From Promethearchaeota archaeon (lineage in GTDB: Archaea > Asgardarchaeota > Lokiarchaeia > Sigyniarchaeales > SOKP01), in the NCBI GenBank assembly GCA_030603385.1, contig JAUVXW010000010.1, positions 1 to 64,000 of the forward strand: a stretch of 64,000 nucleotides of DNA. Reading direction: 5' to 3'. The position numbers were made by a program, and so were the translations under genes. Under the pieces are notes generated by a model. It saw only the letters and a list, made by a program, of their open reading frames with translations. It did not search any database and was not told the DNA's origin. This document shows, piece after piece, positions 19,750 through 29,601 of the stretch (its first letter is position 1; every line of letters starts with the position of its first letter).

Positions 19750-20310
19750 ATGGCAGAGAAAATAGCTGAAAAATTCGAAACTGCCATGAAAACCGGATTT
19801 ATCAGCGCTCTAATATTAATTGTCCTCGAAAAAAATCCTTCTTACGGTTATAAGATCGGTAAAGAAATAGAGAAACGAACCCTAGGGATATGGGATCCTC
19901 CATCATCAACCATGTATACTGTACTGAAAGGTATGACGGATAAAGGTTTGATTACATATACAGAGGAACAAGTAGAGGGGAGAAACAGGAAAATTTATCA
20001 GGTTACACCTAAAGGTAACGTAACATTAAAATTAATGCTCGAAAAACAAAATATTATTGAGGAATCAATTGAAACTTTAAAAATTGCGATGCTCGGTAAC
20101 GAAAAAGGTGAAATCCCAAAAGGATTTCATAAACATGGTCCTTTTAATATTATTCTTGACAGATTAGATGAAAAATCTGATGAAGAGAAATTGGAATTTT
20201 TGAAACTTCAAAAAATGAGAATTTCTCAAGATATAATAAGATTAAATACCAGATTAAAAAAAATTGAAGATTCTATTATACAATTAAGAGAAAAGTTAAA
20301 GATTAAATAA
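19750..20310 (+). CDS. PadR-family transcriptional regulator
   Basis: SYGYKI...STMYTVLKGMTDKGLI...RKIYQVTPKG. Confidence 0.92.
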   Translation: MAEKIAEKFETAMKTGFISALILIVLEKNPSYGYKIGKEIEKRTLGIWDPPSSTMYTVLKGMTDKGLITYTEEQVEGRNRKIYQVTPKGNVTLKLMLEKQNIIEESIETLKIAMLGNEKGEIPKGFHKHGPFNIILDRLDEKSDEEKLEFLKLQKMRISQDIIRLNTRLKKIEDSIIQLREKLKIK

Positions 20311-20331
20311 ATAAAAAGAGAGGTTATATTT

Positions 20332-22098
20332 TTGAATTCTTTTCGGATGATTTTTAAATATTGGTTGAAATCGAGGAAGTTTTTCATTCTCGAATTTACA
20401 TATTTAGTGGTTTCAACAGTTTTTTACATGCTCATACCCATTTTTATTGGGAGGATGGTTGGGGGATTTCAATCAAGCGCACCTGTCAGAGCGTTTATAA
20501 TTAATTTTAGTATGATTTTATTATTTGCTTCCTTGCGGTACATCTCAAACAGAGCGGCAAGACTTAGAGGAGCGGAAGTTTCTTCTAGAGCTGTTTATCA
20601 TCTTCGTACAGATATAAGTAATGCTATTTACCGACAGTCTTTTTCTTATTTTGATAAAACTGAGACAGGACAACTAATATCTAGAGCCACAAGCGACATA
20701 GAAGAAACTCAAATGATTTTTGGGATGGGATTAACTTTAGGAATTCAATCCACACTTCAAATAGGAGGTGTTATTATTGGATTTTTATTTTTTAGTGTCC
20801 CATTATCCTTAATATTAATACCCTCAATAGGTTCTTCACTTCTTCTCTCATACTATATTGCAAAGAAGTTGAAGCCCATTTTTTTAGACACAAGGGAAAG
20901 TTTTGGTGATTTAACAAATACAATACGAGAGAATATTGTTGGTGCTCAGGTGGTACGCATGTTTAGTACTCAAAATAAGGAACGACAAAAATTTTTGACA
21001 AACAATAAAAGGTTTTATGATGCTAGTGTTTCCTCAGTGAAATACAATTCCCTATACTTACCCGCAATTTACATAATTATGGGTGTTATGACCATAAGTA
21101 ATCTAGTAATCGGTGGTATTCGGTTTATTGAAGATCCAACGGTGTTTGGAACTATTATTACGCTTCAAGCCTATATAACTGCTCTTGGTTTTCCATTAAT
21201 GATGTTTGGTCATATAATGTTATCTTATATTCAAGCAGATGCGGCACTCACTCGTGTCAGAGAGGTCTTGGAATCAACTCCAGATATAAATGACCTTCCT
21301 GACGCTATTCCAATTGGAGATGATGTATCCTTGAACGGGGATATTATATTCGACAATGTATCTTTTGGATATACACCAGATCATAGAACCTTAAAAAATG
21401 TGTCGTTTAATGTACCTGGTGGGAAAACTATAGCAATATTGGGAACAACAGGATCAGGAAAATCTACAATTATCAACTTAATACCACGTTTTTACGAAGT
21501 TAATGAAGGTAGTATAAAAATTGATAACAGAGACATTCGTGAATACATAGTAAAGGATCTGCGTAAAAATATAGGTATTGTATCTCAAGAAACCTATCTT
21601 TTCAATAAAAGTATAGCAAAAAATATTGCCTATGGGAAAGATGATGCATCTGACGAAGAAATAATAGAAGCATCAAAAATTGCTAATCTACATGATTTTA
21701 TTGTAACTTTACCTAAAGGTTACGATTCTATTGTAGGGGAAAGGGGAACAAGACTATCAGGAGGTCAAAAGCAACGCTTATCAATAGCGCGTGCTTTGTT
21801 AATAAAACCAAAAATCTTAATTCTTGATGATTCTACAAGCTCTGTTGATGTTGAGACTGAATATCAGATTCAAAAGGAATTATTAAGAATTATGAAAGAT
21901 ACTACCACGATTATAATCACTCAGCGAATTTCTACAATTCGTGGAGCTGATTATATATTAATTTTAGACAAGGGAAGAGTTGTCGGATTTGGAGATCATG
22001 ATGAATTAATTGAATCAAACGTTTTATATAAACAAATTTACCAAACACTTTACATAAAACAAAAATCAAAAATTCAAGCAGATGAGGAAACCAATTAA
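20332..22098 (+). CDS. ABC exporter (TMD+NBD), subunit A of an MdlAB-like heterodimer
   Basis: TM domain, Walker A GTTGSGKS, LSGGQKQR, degenerate Walker B LILDD and TQR switch. Confidence 0.93.
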   Translation: MNSFRMIFKYWLKSRKFFILEFTYLVVSTVFYMLIPIFIGRMVGGFQSSAPVRAFIINFSMILLFASLRYISNRAARLRGAEVSSRAVYHLRTDISNAIYRQSFSYFDKTETGQLISRATSDIEETQMIFGMGLTLGIQSTLQIGGVIIGFLFFSVPLSLILIPSIGSSLLLSYYIAKKLKPIFLDTRESFGDLTNTIRENIVGAQVVRMFSTQNKERQKFLTNNKRFYDASVSSVKYNSLYLPAIYIIMGVMTISNLVIGGIRFIEDPTVFGTIITLQAYITALGFPLMMFGHIMLSYIQADAALTRVREVLESTPDINDLPDAIPIGDDVSLNGDIIFDNVSFGYTPDHRTLKNVSFNVPGGKTIAILGTTGSGKSTIINLIPRFYEVNEGSIKIDNRDIREYIVKDLRKNIGIVSQETYLFNKSIAKNIAYGKDDASDEEIIEASKIANLHDFIVTLPKGYDSIVGERGTRLSGGQKQRLSIARALLIKPKILILDDSTSSVDVETEYQIQKELLRIMKDTTTIIITQRISTIRGADYILILDKGRVVGFGDHDELIESNVLYKQIYQTLYIKQKSKIQADEETN

Positions 22099-22110
22099 GG
22101 AGGGAAAAAA

Positions 22111-24639
22111 TTGGAAAATAATAACAAACAAGAAAAAGAAGAGGAAGAACAACAAGAAATTATCCAACCAAGTGCAGGTGGTGGCCATAAATTTATGATG
22201 GATTTTGAATCATCAGAATTAGAACATTCACGAAGAGAATTATGGAGATGGCTATTTTCCTATTTAAAACCATTTCGAGGGAAATTTTCTCTTTATCTTA
22301 TCTTTTTACTAATGGGTACGATAATAACTGCAGCTACACCATTGATTACAGCTAGCATTATTGATAAAGGGATCATTACTGGAAATATTCAATTCATCTT
22401 AATGATGAGTGTCACATACTTTTCCTTATTATTATTTATGGCAATTACAACTTTCTTCTCACAATATGGCATGGGAAAGATGTCTCAAAGAATAACTTAT
22501 GATATACGAAATGATCTTTTCTATAAACTACAAGACATGTCTCTAGCTTATTTTGACCAAAGATCCTCAGGGGATATTATGTCTATAACAACTAATGATG
22601 TTACTTTACTTAACCAATTAGTGGGAGGTCAATTTGTTGGAATAATAACAAGTATTGTTTCAATTGCTATTACTGTGCTTTTTATGTTTTTCCTCAACCC
22701 ATTCTTAGCTTTAATTAGTTTGCCTGTTTTCCCCATATTCCTCCTTTTAATATTTTTTTTTAGAAAAATGGCAATTGGATTTTTTAAGGAATCCAGGAAG
22801 ACAATTGGAAAAGTTACATCCTCTATACAGGAAAATATTGCCGGAGCAAAAGTAGTCCAAGCTTATGGCCAAGAAAAAAAAGCATCTTCGGAATTTGATA
22901 AAGCAAATAAAGCAAACTATAATGCAATGATGAAAATACGGAGATACATGGCAACAATATTTCCATTAATAAACTTAATAACTACAGCCCTTACCGCGTG
23001 TATTTTATTAGCTGGTGGCTTTGTAATGCTAGGTAATGTTTCAATTTTCGGTAAAACGGTTACAGTAGGTATATTAAGTGCATATATTGGGATTTTAGGC
23101 CAATTCTTCAAACCTTTTATGATGTTAATGCAAATTCAACAAGTAATAAACTCCGCAATGGCATCAAGCGATCGTATCTATTCTTTATTAGAAGAAAAAG
23201 TTGAAATTCCAGATGATGAAAATCCATTACAATTTAATGAAGTAAAAGGCACGATAGAATTCGAAAATGCGAGTTTCGGATATGTTTTAAATAATGAAAC
23301 TGTTAACAAAAGTGAGGAATCAAAAAAACCAATGATGTCTGGCCATGCAAGCATGGAACAACATCCGATGATGAAACGAGCCTTGGAATTTATAAATACT
23401 TTTCCTGAACCTTATTCATCATTTATTATGAAGAACATGATGCAAATGCCACCAGATTTAACACGAAAACTGATGTTTAGCTTAATGAGTTCAAAGCCAG
23501 AAGAAATTCCAGATAAAATTGACATTTTCCTTGGGGAGTTTAAATATGCTGTACCTAATACTGAATATGCTAAGATGCATCCTGAATATAAAACTTCCTT
23601 TCAACATGAAGAGAGTCTACCAATGAGAGAAGAAATGAAAAAACCTTCATTTTCTTTTGAGAGTATGATCCCCCCAGAAGCCATATCCATGATGGTTAAG
23701 TTTTTGGAAAGATCACTTGGTTCTAAAACGGGTATACAACAAAGCAGTGGGATGGGTGGAGAAGCAGGAGGAATGATGGGCGGTAGGATGAGTCAAATGA
23801 CACCTCAGTCTATACTCCAAATGCTTGCAACCATAACAATTCCTCCAGAAGTGTATGAGGGAATTCCAAAAATTGTTAAAGATGCTATTATTGAACAGAA
23901 AACACTCATCCAACATAAGCAATCTACGGGATATGTTTTAAAAGATCTTTCAATTAATATACCCGCAGGAATTACGGTGGCTATTGTTGGGAAGACTGGG
24001 GCTGGTAAGACAACATTAATTAAATTAATTGCTCGATTTTACGATACTAATAATGGAAATGTACTGATTGATAATATTAATATTAAAAATGTTCGTAAGA
24101 AGGATTTAAGAGATTTAATTGGGATTGTTCCCCAAGACGCCTTTCTTTTTACAGGTTCTATTAAGGATAGTCTTCTCTATGCCTTTGATAACCCAACTGA
24201 GGCAGAAGAAGAAAAAATGATCGAAGTGTCAAAATTCTTAGGATTGCATAATTTTATAGAAACTCTACATAAGAAATATGATACAAAGTTAAAAGAAAAT
24301 GCATCTAATATCTCAATTGGTCAAAGACAATTAATTGCTTTTGCTCGAGCATTGATTACCGATCCTAAAATCCTAATATTGGATGAAGCTACATCCTCTG
24401 TTGACCCCTATACTGAAACCTTGATTCAAGATGCTTTAAACAAAGCGCGTGAAGGAAGAACAACAATTATTATAGCTCATCGACTTTCAACTATAAAGAA
24501 TGCTAATCTCATACTAGTTCTGGATTCTAATAAGAAAGGTATAGTAGAACAAGGAAAGCATGAGAGTTTGTTAGCATTGAATGGAAAATATAAGCGGCTA
24601 TTAGAAATGCAACACCGTGATATTGACGTAGAGAATTGA
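22111..24639 (+). CDS. ABC exporter (TMD+NBD), subunit B, with a Met-rich insertion in the NBD
   Basis: GKTGAGKT, ISIGQRQ, LILDEATS and AHRLST; about 217 extra aa between FENASFGY and VLKDLSI. Confidence 0.92.
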   Translation: MENNNKQEKEEEEQQEIIQPSAGGGHKFMMDFESSELEHSRRELWRWLFSYLKPFRGKFSLYLIFLLMGTIITAATPLITASIIDKGIITGNIQFILMMSVTYFSLLLFMAITTFFSQYGMGKMSQRITYDIRNDLFYKLQDMSLAYFDQRSSGDIMSITTNDVTLLNQLVGGQFVGIITSIVSIAITVLFMFFLNPFLALISLPVFPIFLLLIFFFRKMAIGFFKESRKTIGKVTSSIQENIAGAKVVQAYGQEKKASSEFDKANKANYNAMMKIRRYMATIFPLINLITTALTACILLAGGFVMLGNVSIFGKTVTVGILSAYIGILGQFFKPFMMLMQIQQVINSAMASSDRIYSLLEEKVEIPDDENPLQFNEVKGTIEFENASFGYVLNNETVNKSEESKKPMMSGHASMEQHPMMKRALEFINTFPEPYSSFIMKNMMQMPPDLTRKLMFSLMSSKPEEIPDKIDIFLGEFKYAVPNTEYAKMHPEYKTSFQHEESLPMREEMKKPSFSFESMIPPEAISMMVKFLERSLGSKTGIQQSSGMGGEAGGMMGGRMSQMTPQSILQMLATITIPPEVYEGIPKIVKDAIIEQKTLIQHKQSTGYVLKDLSINIPAGITVAIVGKTGAGKTTLIKLIARFYDTNNGNVLIDNINIKNVRKKDLRDLIGIVPQDAFLFTGSIKDSLLYAFDNPTEAEEEKMIEVSKFLGLHNFIETLHKKYDTKLKENASNISIGQRQLIAFARALITDPKILILDEATSSVDPYTETLIQDALNKAREGRTTIIIAHRLSTIKNANLILVLDSNKKGIVEQGKHESLLALNGKYKRLLEMQHRDIDVEN
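23278..23942 (+). repeat. 14-bp exact direct repeat GGATATGTTTTAAA bounding a 651-bp in-frame insertion
   Basis: Copies at 23278-23291 and 23929-23942, in the same reading frame (GYVL). Confidence 0.8.
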
Positions 24640-24729
24640 TATAATTTTACTACTTATTTTCAAATCTTTACACTAAATTTTTTCAAAAACCTAAATTATA
24701 ATCTAATTTTAATTATAGTATTAAATGAT

Positions 24730-25470
24730 TTGTTAGGTGAAAGATTAATTCCGTATTTCGATTATTCTGGAAAAAAGATTTTTTATCAAGTCAAAGATAA
24801 TAATTCTCAAAATGCACTCATTTTTTTTCATGGATCTGGGGGGAATTCAAATATTTGGAAGGAACAATTTAATCTAAATATTGATTATAACATCTATGCT
24901 CTTGATTTACCCTCTCACAATAATTCTGATGAGTTTTTAGAACACTCTCTTGAATTATATGTAGATGTAGTTAGAATGTTTATAGAAACTTTAGATCTAA
25001 AAAAGGTTATTTTAGGTGGTCATTCCTTAGGGGGAGCAGTAATACAATCATACTATTTTAAGTATCAAAGCGATATCATCGCATTAATTTTAATTGGAAC
25101 TGGAGGGAGATTGCGAGTTATGCCCTCAATCTTAGAAACTGTGAAAAATAACTTTCAAATGTTTATAGATGGTATGGATGATGATCTTAAAAAGGTATAT
25201 TTGAAAACAGCCCCGAACGTTATATATGATGATTTTAAAATTTGTGATGGATTTGATACACTTGATAAGACTGCCTTAATCAATATCCCTTGTTTAATAT
25301 TAGTTGGTAAAGAAGATATTATGACTCCTGTAAAATATTCCGAATTTTTTCACAAAAAGATTAACATCTCTGAACTTGTAATAATTGAGAAGGCAGGGCA
25401 TTTGGTAATGTTAGAACAGCCAAAAAAAATGAATCATGCAATAGAAAATTTTATTAATAATTATTTTTAA
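24730..25470 (+). CDS. Alpha/beta hydrolase (possible real start ATT 24748)
   Basis: Motifs FFHGSGG, GHSLGG, GKED and AGH. Confidence 0.9.
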   Translation: MLGERLIPYFDYSGKKIFYQVKDNNSQNALIFFHGSGGNSNIWKEQFNLNIDYNIYALDLPSHNNSDEFLEHSLELYVDVVRMFIETLDLKKVILGGHSLGGAVIQSYYFKYQSDIIALILIGTGGRLRVMPSILETVKNNFQMFIDGMDDDLKKVYLKTAPNVIYDDFKICDGFDTLDKTALINIPCLILVGKEDIMTPVKYSEFFHKKINISELVIIEKAGHLVMLEQPKKMNHAIENFINNYF

Positions 25471-25481
25471 ACCTTGAATAG

Positions 25482-26282
25482 ATGCCAAGAGAATATACTT
25501 ATGGTCCTTTTCAATCAAGACGATTAGGTCTATCCTTAGGAATAAATGTATTACCTAATTATAAATTATGCACTTTTAATTGTGTATATTGCGAAATCGG
25601 TATTACTGACAAGGATGGTTTGGTATCTCCTGAGTTTAGAGTCAAATTACCTCCTTCTGCTAGTTTTAGAAAAGAACTAATTTCAATCTTAACTCATGTC
25701 CCTCATTTGGATTCAATTACCTTTGGTTACAATGGTGAGCCGACTCTAAATGAAAACCTATTGGATTTCCTAAAAATAGCTATAGATGTAAGGAAAAAAC
25801 TTAATTGGACCAAACAAAAACCTAAACTCACTCTTTTTACTAATTCTAGTACGCTCCATTTCGATGAAATTAGAGAGAGAGTTAAACAATTTGAGTTTGT
25901 ATTGGCTAAATTGGATGTGGCTACTAATGAAGATTTCAAAAGATCAAATCGTCCTCATATTAATTCACCAGATATCGAAGCTGTTATAGATTCACTCGTG
26001 AAATTACGACATGAAATGCCTGAAAACCATGAACTAGCAATTCAAACCTTAGTTTTTAATTCATACAAAGATGATTTTATACCAAATAATAATCTAAAGA
26101 ACTTAAATAAGTTGGGACATGCTATAAAACGAATCAAACCAAATTTTGTACAAATTTATTCAATAGCGAGAATTCCAGCAGAATATTTTGTATATGCAAT
26201 AGATGATAAAAGAAAAAGTGAAATAGTTAATTATATTGAAGAAGTTGTCCAAGATAATGATGTTCAAATCAATTTCTATTAA
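25482..26282 (+). CDS. Radical SAM protein
   Basis: Motifs YGPFQSRRLGLSLGIN, CTFNCVYC and NGEPTL. Confidence 0.9.
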   Translation: MPREYTYGPFQSRRLGLSLGINVLPNYKLCTFNCVYCEIGITDKDGLVSPEFRVKLPPSASFRKELISILTHVPHLDSITFGYNGEPTLNENLLDFLKIAIDVRKKLNWTKQKPKLTLFTNSSTLHFDEIRERVKQFEFVLAKLDVATNEDFKRSNRPHINSPDIEAVIDSLVKLRHEMPENHELAIQTLVFNSYKDDFIPNNNLKNLNKLGHAIKRIKPNFVQIYSIARIPAEYFVYAIDDKRKSEIVNYIEEVVQDNDVQINFY

Positions 26283-26359
26283 ATAATTTACAAATATTTT
26301 AATATTGCTTTAATGAGAATTTATTATTATTCAAGATTAATTCATCAATTATTTTTAAT

Positions 26360-27382
26360 TTGTATTTGGTGAGGAAAATAAAAGAGGAATATATTGCTGG
26401 AGTTGATATCGGGGGTACTTGGATTCGAGTTGCTATATGTACTATAGATCTAAAAGAAGAGAATATTAAGATAGAAAAATCTCGAACGTTAAAAGAAACT
26501 AAGTTTTCAATTGGTAATTCTATTTGCGAAATTTTATCAGAATTATTAAAGGAAAATCAAGTAAGGAAGGAGCACCTTATTGGAATAGGTATAGCTTCAG
26601 CTGGTCCTTTAAATATAGATACAGGAATAGTTTTTAATAACGCAAATCTTGGATTTAGAGTAATTCCTTTAAAAGAACCAATAGTAGAAAGGTTTCCTGG
26701 AATACCATTATATTTTATAAATGACTGTATTGGTGCTGTGTTAGGTGTGCATTATTTCGAAGCAGATGATGAGGAAAAAGATAATTTAGTATATATTACA
26801 ATTTCAACAGGAATAGGTGGCGGCGCTATTTGCAATGGGCATTTATTATTAGGAAAAGAAGGTAACGCGGCGGAAATAGGTCACGGATTAGTTGAGCCAA
26901 GGAGTACCGTTAAATGTAATTGTGGAGCATATGGGTGTTGGGAAGCATATAGTTCTGGAACAGGCGTACAATCAAGAACCATAGATGCATTAAATGAAGG
27001 GAAATGTAATGCAGAAATATTATTGGAAATAGTAGAGAAAGATATATCTAAAATTACTGCTAAAGAAATCTTCCGAGCTGCAAGAGAAGGTGATGTTTTG
27101 TCCAGTAAAATAGTTGATGATTGTGTTTTTTATACAAAAGTAGGAGTAGGATTAGTAAATAATTATTATGATTGTTCATCAATTTACTTTGGGGGAGCAA
27201 TGATGAAAGATAAGGATCAGATAATTCCTCAATTAATTGAACAATTTGAAAAAGATTCTCTTAAATTTACAATTAATCACCCTCCAAAAATTAAATTAAC
27301 AAAATACGAGGATGAAATTGGTTTAAGGGGAGCATTAACACTTGTAAAATACAAAATAGAGAAAAATCAGGTAGTCACTTAA
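26360..27382 (+). CDS. ROK-family sugar kinase (glucokinase-like)
   Basis: Motifs GVDIGGT, IND, STGIGGG, AEIGH and CNCGAYGCWE. Confidence 0.92.
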   Translation: MYLVRKIKEEYIAGVDIGGTWIRVAICTIDLKEENIKIEKSRTLKETKFSIGNSICEILSELLKENQVRKEHLIGIGIASAGPLNIDTGIVFNNANLGFRVIPLKEPIVERFPGIPLYFINDCIGAVLGVHYFEADDEEKDNLVYITISTGIGGGAICNGHLLLGKEGNAAEIGHGLVEPRSTVKCNCGAYGCWEAYSSGTGVQSRTIDALNEGKCNAEILLEIVEKDISKITAKEIFRAAREGDVLSSKIVDDCVFYTKVGVGLVNNYYDCSSIYFGGAMMKDKDQIIPQLIEQFEKDSLKFTINHPPKIKLTKYEDEIGLRGALTLVKYKIEKNQVVT

Positions 27383-27409
27383 GAATAAATTAATAATTAA
27401 GAGAAACAA

Positions 27410-28849
27410 ATGGGAAGGGAAAATTTAATCTTTACTTTGAGTGGAATACGAGGCATTACTGGCAAAGATTTTAATTTTAATATTATAAAGAAAATCGCAA
27501 TCGCTTATGGTTTATGGCTTAATGGTAAAGATAAAAAAGTTATAATAGGTAAAGATACTCGGCCAAGTGGAAATAAGATTGAAAAAGCTGTTATCGAGGG
27601 GTTAATTGGAACAGGTATTAAGGTAATTAATCTTGGAATATGTCCCTCACCTATAATTATTTATGCTAAAAAAAAGTACGACGTACCAGGAGGCATTATA
27701 ATTACTGGTTCTCATAATCCTCAGGAGTGGAATGGTTTAAAACTGCTTTCAACAAAAAATTTCCTTGATAAATCTGATTTAGAGCAAATATCAAATAAAT
27801 TAAACAAAATTGATCTAGATTCTTATCCGATAGAAAAGTCAATGATACACAAACATATTGAAATTTTGAATCCAATTCCAGATTATATTCAAGGTCTATA
27901 TAAATATATTGACTATAAAAGAGTTAAAAAAAGAAATAATCTTCGAGTAGTAGTTGATACTGGAGCAGGAGCAGGAAAATTCGCTACACCTCAAATTCTT
28001 AAAGGAATGGGATGTGAGGTAAAATTACTTAACAACAATTTGCTAGTTAATGATATATTTCCTAGAGAAATTGAACCTATAGAGAAGAATCTTAGAGATT
28101 TGAGAATGGAAGTATGGCAGGGTAAATATGATATAGGGTTTGCCCATGATTCTGATGCAGATAGATTAGCTATAATTGGTGAAAATGGAATTTGTTATCC
28201 TGAAGACATTGGGTTAGCTCTGATTACTGAATATTATTTAAAGAATAATTATAATCCAGAAATAGAAATAATTATTGTTACAAATTTAGCTTCTTCTTTA
28301 AGATTTGAAGCGATCGCTGAAAAATATAATGCTAAAGTAATTAGAACTCCTGTAGGAGAGAGATTTTTAACAGATAAAATAGATTCTTTGATTGTAAAAG
28401 AGGCTACAAAATCTAGAAAGCGCTTAGTTTTTGGGGGAGAGGGTTCATGTGGAGGTTTTATTTCCCCTTATTTCAACAATACTCGAGATGGAATTTTTGC
28501 AGCTGCTAAGATTATAGAAATTTTGGTAAGTACTGAAAGAAAAATCTCAGATTTGGTTTCTAATCTCCCTAGATTTTATTCAAATAGAGAAAAGATTAAT
28601 ATTAAAAGTAAGGATATTAAACTGATTATTGAACTAGTAAAAAAAGAGTTAAGTGAAGAGGGAGAAGAAGTAAATCAAATTGATCTTGATCTCCGATTTG
28701 GTAAAGGCAAAGAATGGTTTGTTTTAATTCACCCTTCAAACACAGAACCAATAATTAGAGTTATCAGTGAGGCAAAAAGAGAATCTTTAGCAAGAGTCTA
28801 TTGTGAAGCCACAGCTGAACTCATAAGGTTAATCATTTCAAGGATGTAA
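27410..28849 (+). CDS. Phosphohexomutase (phosphomannomutase/phosphoglucosamine mutase family)
   Basis: Motifs SGIRG, TGSHNP, DSDADR, GGEGS and PSNTEP. Confidence 0.92.
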   Translation: MGRENLIFTLSGIRGITGKDFNFNIIKKIAIAYGLWLNGKDKKVIIGKDTRPSGNKIEKAVIEGLIGTGIKVINLGICPSPIIIYAKKKYDVPGGIIITGSHNPQEWNGLKLLSTKNFLDKSDLEQISNKLNKIDLDSYPIEKSMIHKHIEILNPIPDYIQGLYKYIDYKRVKKRNNLRVVVDTGAGAGKFATPQILKGMGCEVKLLNNNLLVNDIFPREIEPIEKNLRDLRMEVWQGKYDIGFAHDSDADRLAIIGENGICYPEDIGLALITEYYLKNNYNPEIEIIIVTNLASSLRFEAIAEKYNAKVIRTPVGERFLTDKIDSLIVKEATKSRKRLVFGGEGSCGGFISPYFNNTRDGIFAAAKIIEILVSTERKISDLVSNLPRFYSNREKINIKSKDIKLIIELVKKELSEEGEEVNQIDLDLRFGKGKEWFVLIHPSNTEPIIRVISEAKRESLARVYCEATAELIRLIISRM

Positions 28850-28874
28850 TATTTTAATAGTTCTTTAAATCTAA

Positions 28875-29564
28875 GTTGTTTTTTCAATACCCATTATTTT
28901 CCCATTCTTCATAGCAACATTGATATCTTTAACACTAAGAGAACCAAATCATGATTTAGTGAAAAAGAAAACTGATAATTATTTAACTGTAATAAAATCC
29001 GGATTTAAAGAGCTCAGGAGAAACAATATACTAAGAATATTAGCTTTTGAGATGATAATAACCGAATCTATGGTATTCTTCTTAATATGGACATATCAGA
29101 TATATCTAGATGCATTGAATTTTCAGTTGGTTTTCTTTGGATTAGTGAGTGCATCAATGACTATTATACAAATAATCTTTAACAATCTAGTTCCAAAGAT
29201 TGCCACCAGGTTAAAAAATAAGAGAGGGTTTCTGCAGGTGTATACAGTAATACCAGGAATAGGGTTTATTCTTATGGCGTTGATATTCTATATTCCAATT
29301 AGTATTCCTTTAATTCTAGCGATAATTGGCTTCGGTTTCTCACGGAGCATAATATTCGTTAAGGGAATTAACAAACAAATTAAAAAACAGAATAGAGCTA
29401 CTGTTTTAAGCACAATCAACATGGCAGCAAGTCTCATCAGAACAATTCTTTACCCTTTCATTGGATACCTTGTAATGTGGAATTTAAGCACAACATTTAT
29501 TCTGTTAGGTGCGGTAATAATCATCTTTGCAATACTTTCGAAAATTAAAAGTGAATATTTATAA
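28875..29564 (+). pseudogene. C-terminal half of an MFS transporter (N-terminal half missing)
   Basis: The frame opens after TAA at 28872-28874 in the middle of a TM helix, only ~25 nt after the upstream gene; about 6 TMs and an RATVLS motif typical of MFS C-halves. Confidence 0.65.
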
Positions 29565-29601
29565 CCAAATCAATTTTTTTTATACTCTAAAATATTCAAA
29601 T

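Noticed and set aside
23278-23942. Intein or intron in the ABC ATPase
   Set aside because: No Cys/Ser N-terminus, His-Asn C-terminus or LAGLIDADG motif is present, and the frame is open throughout.
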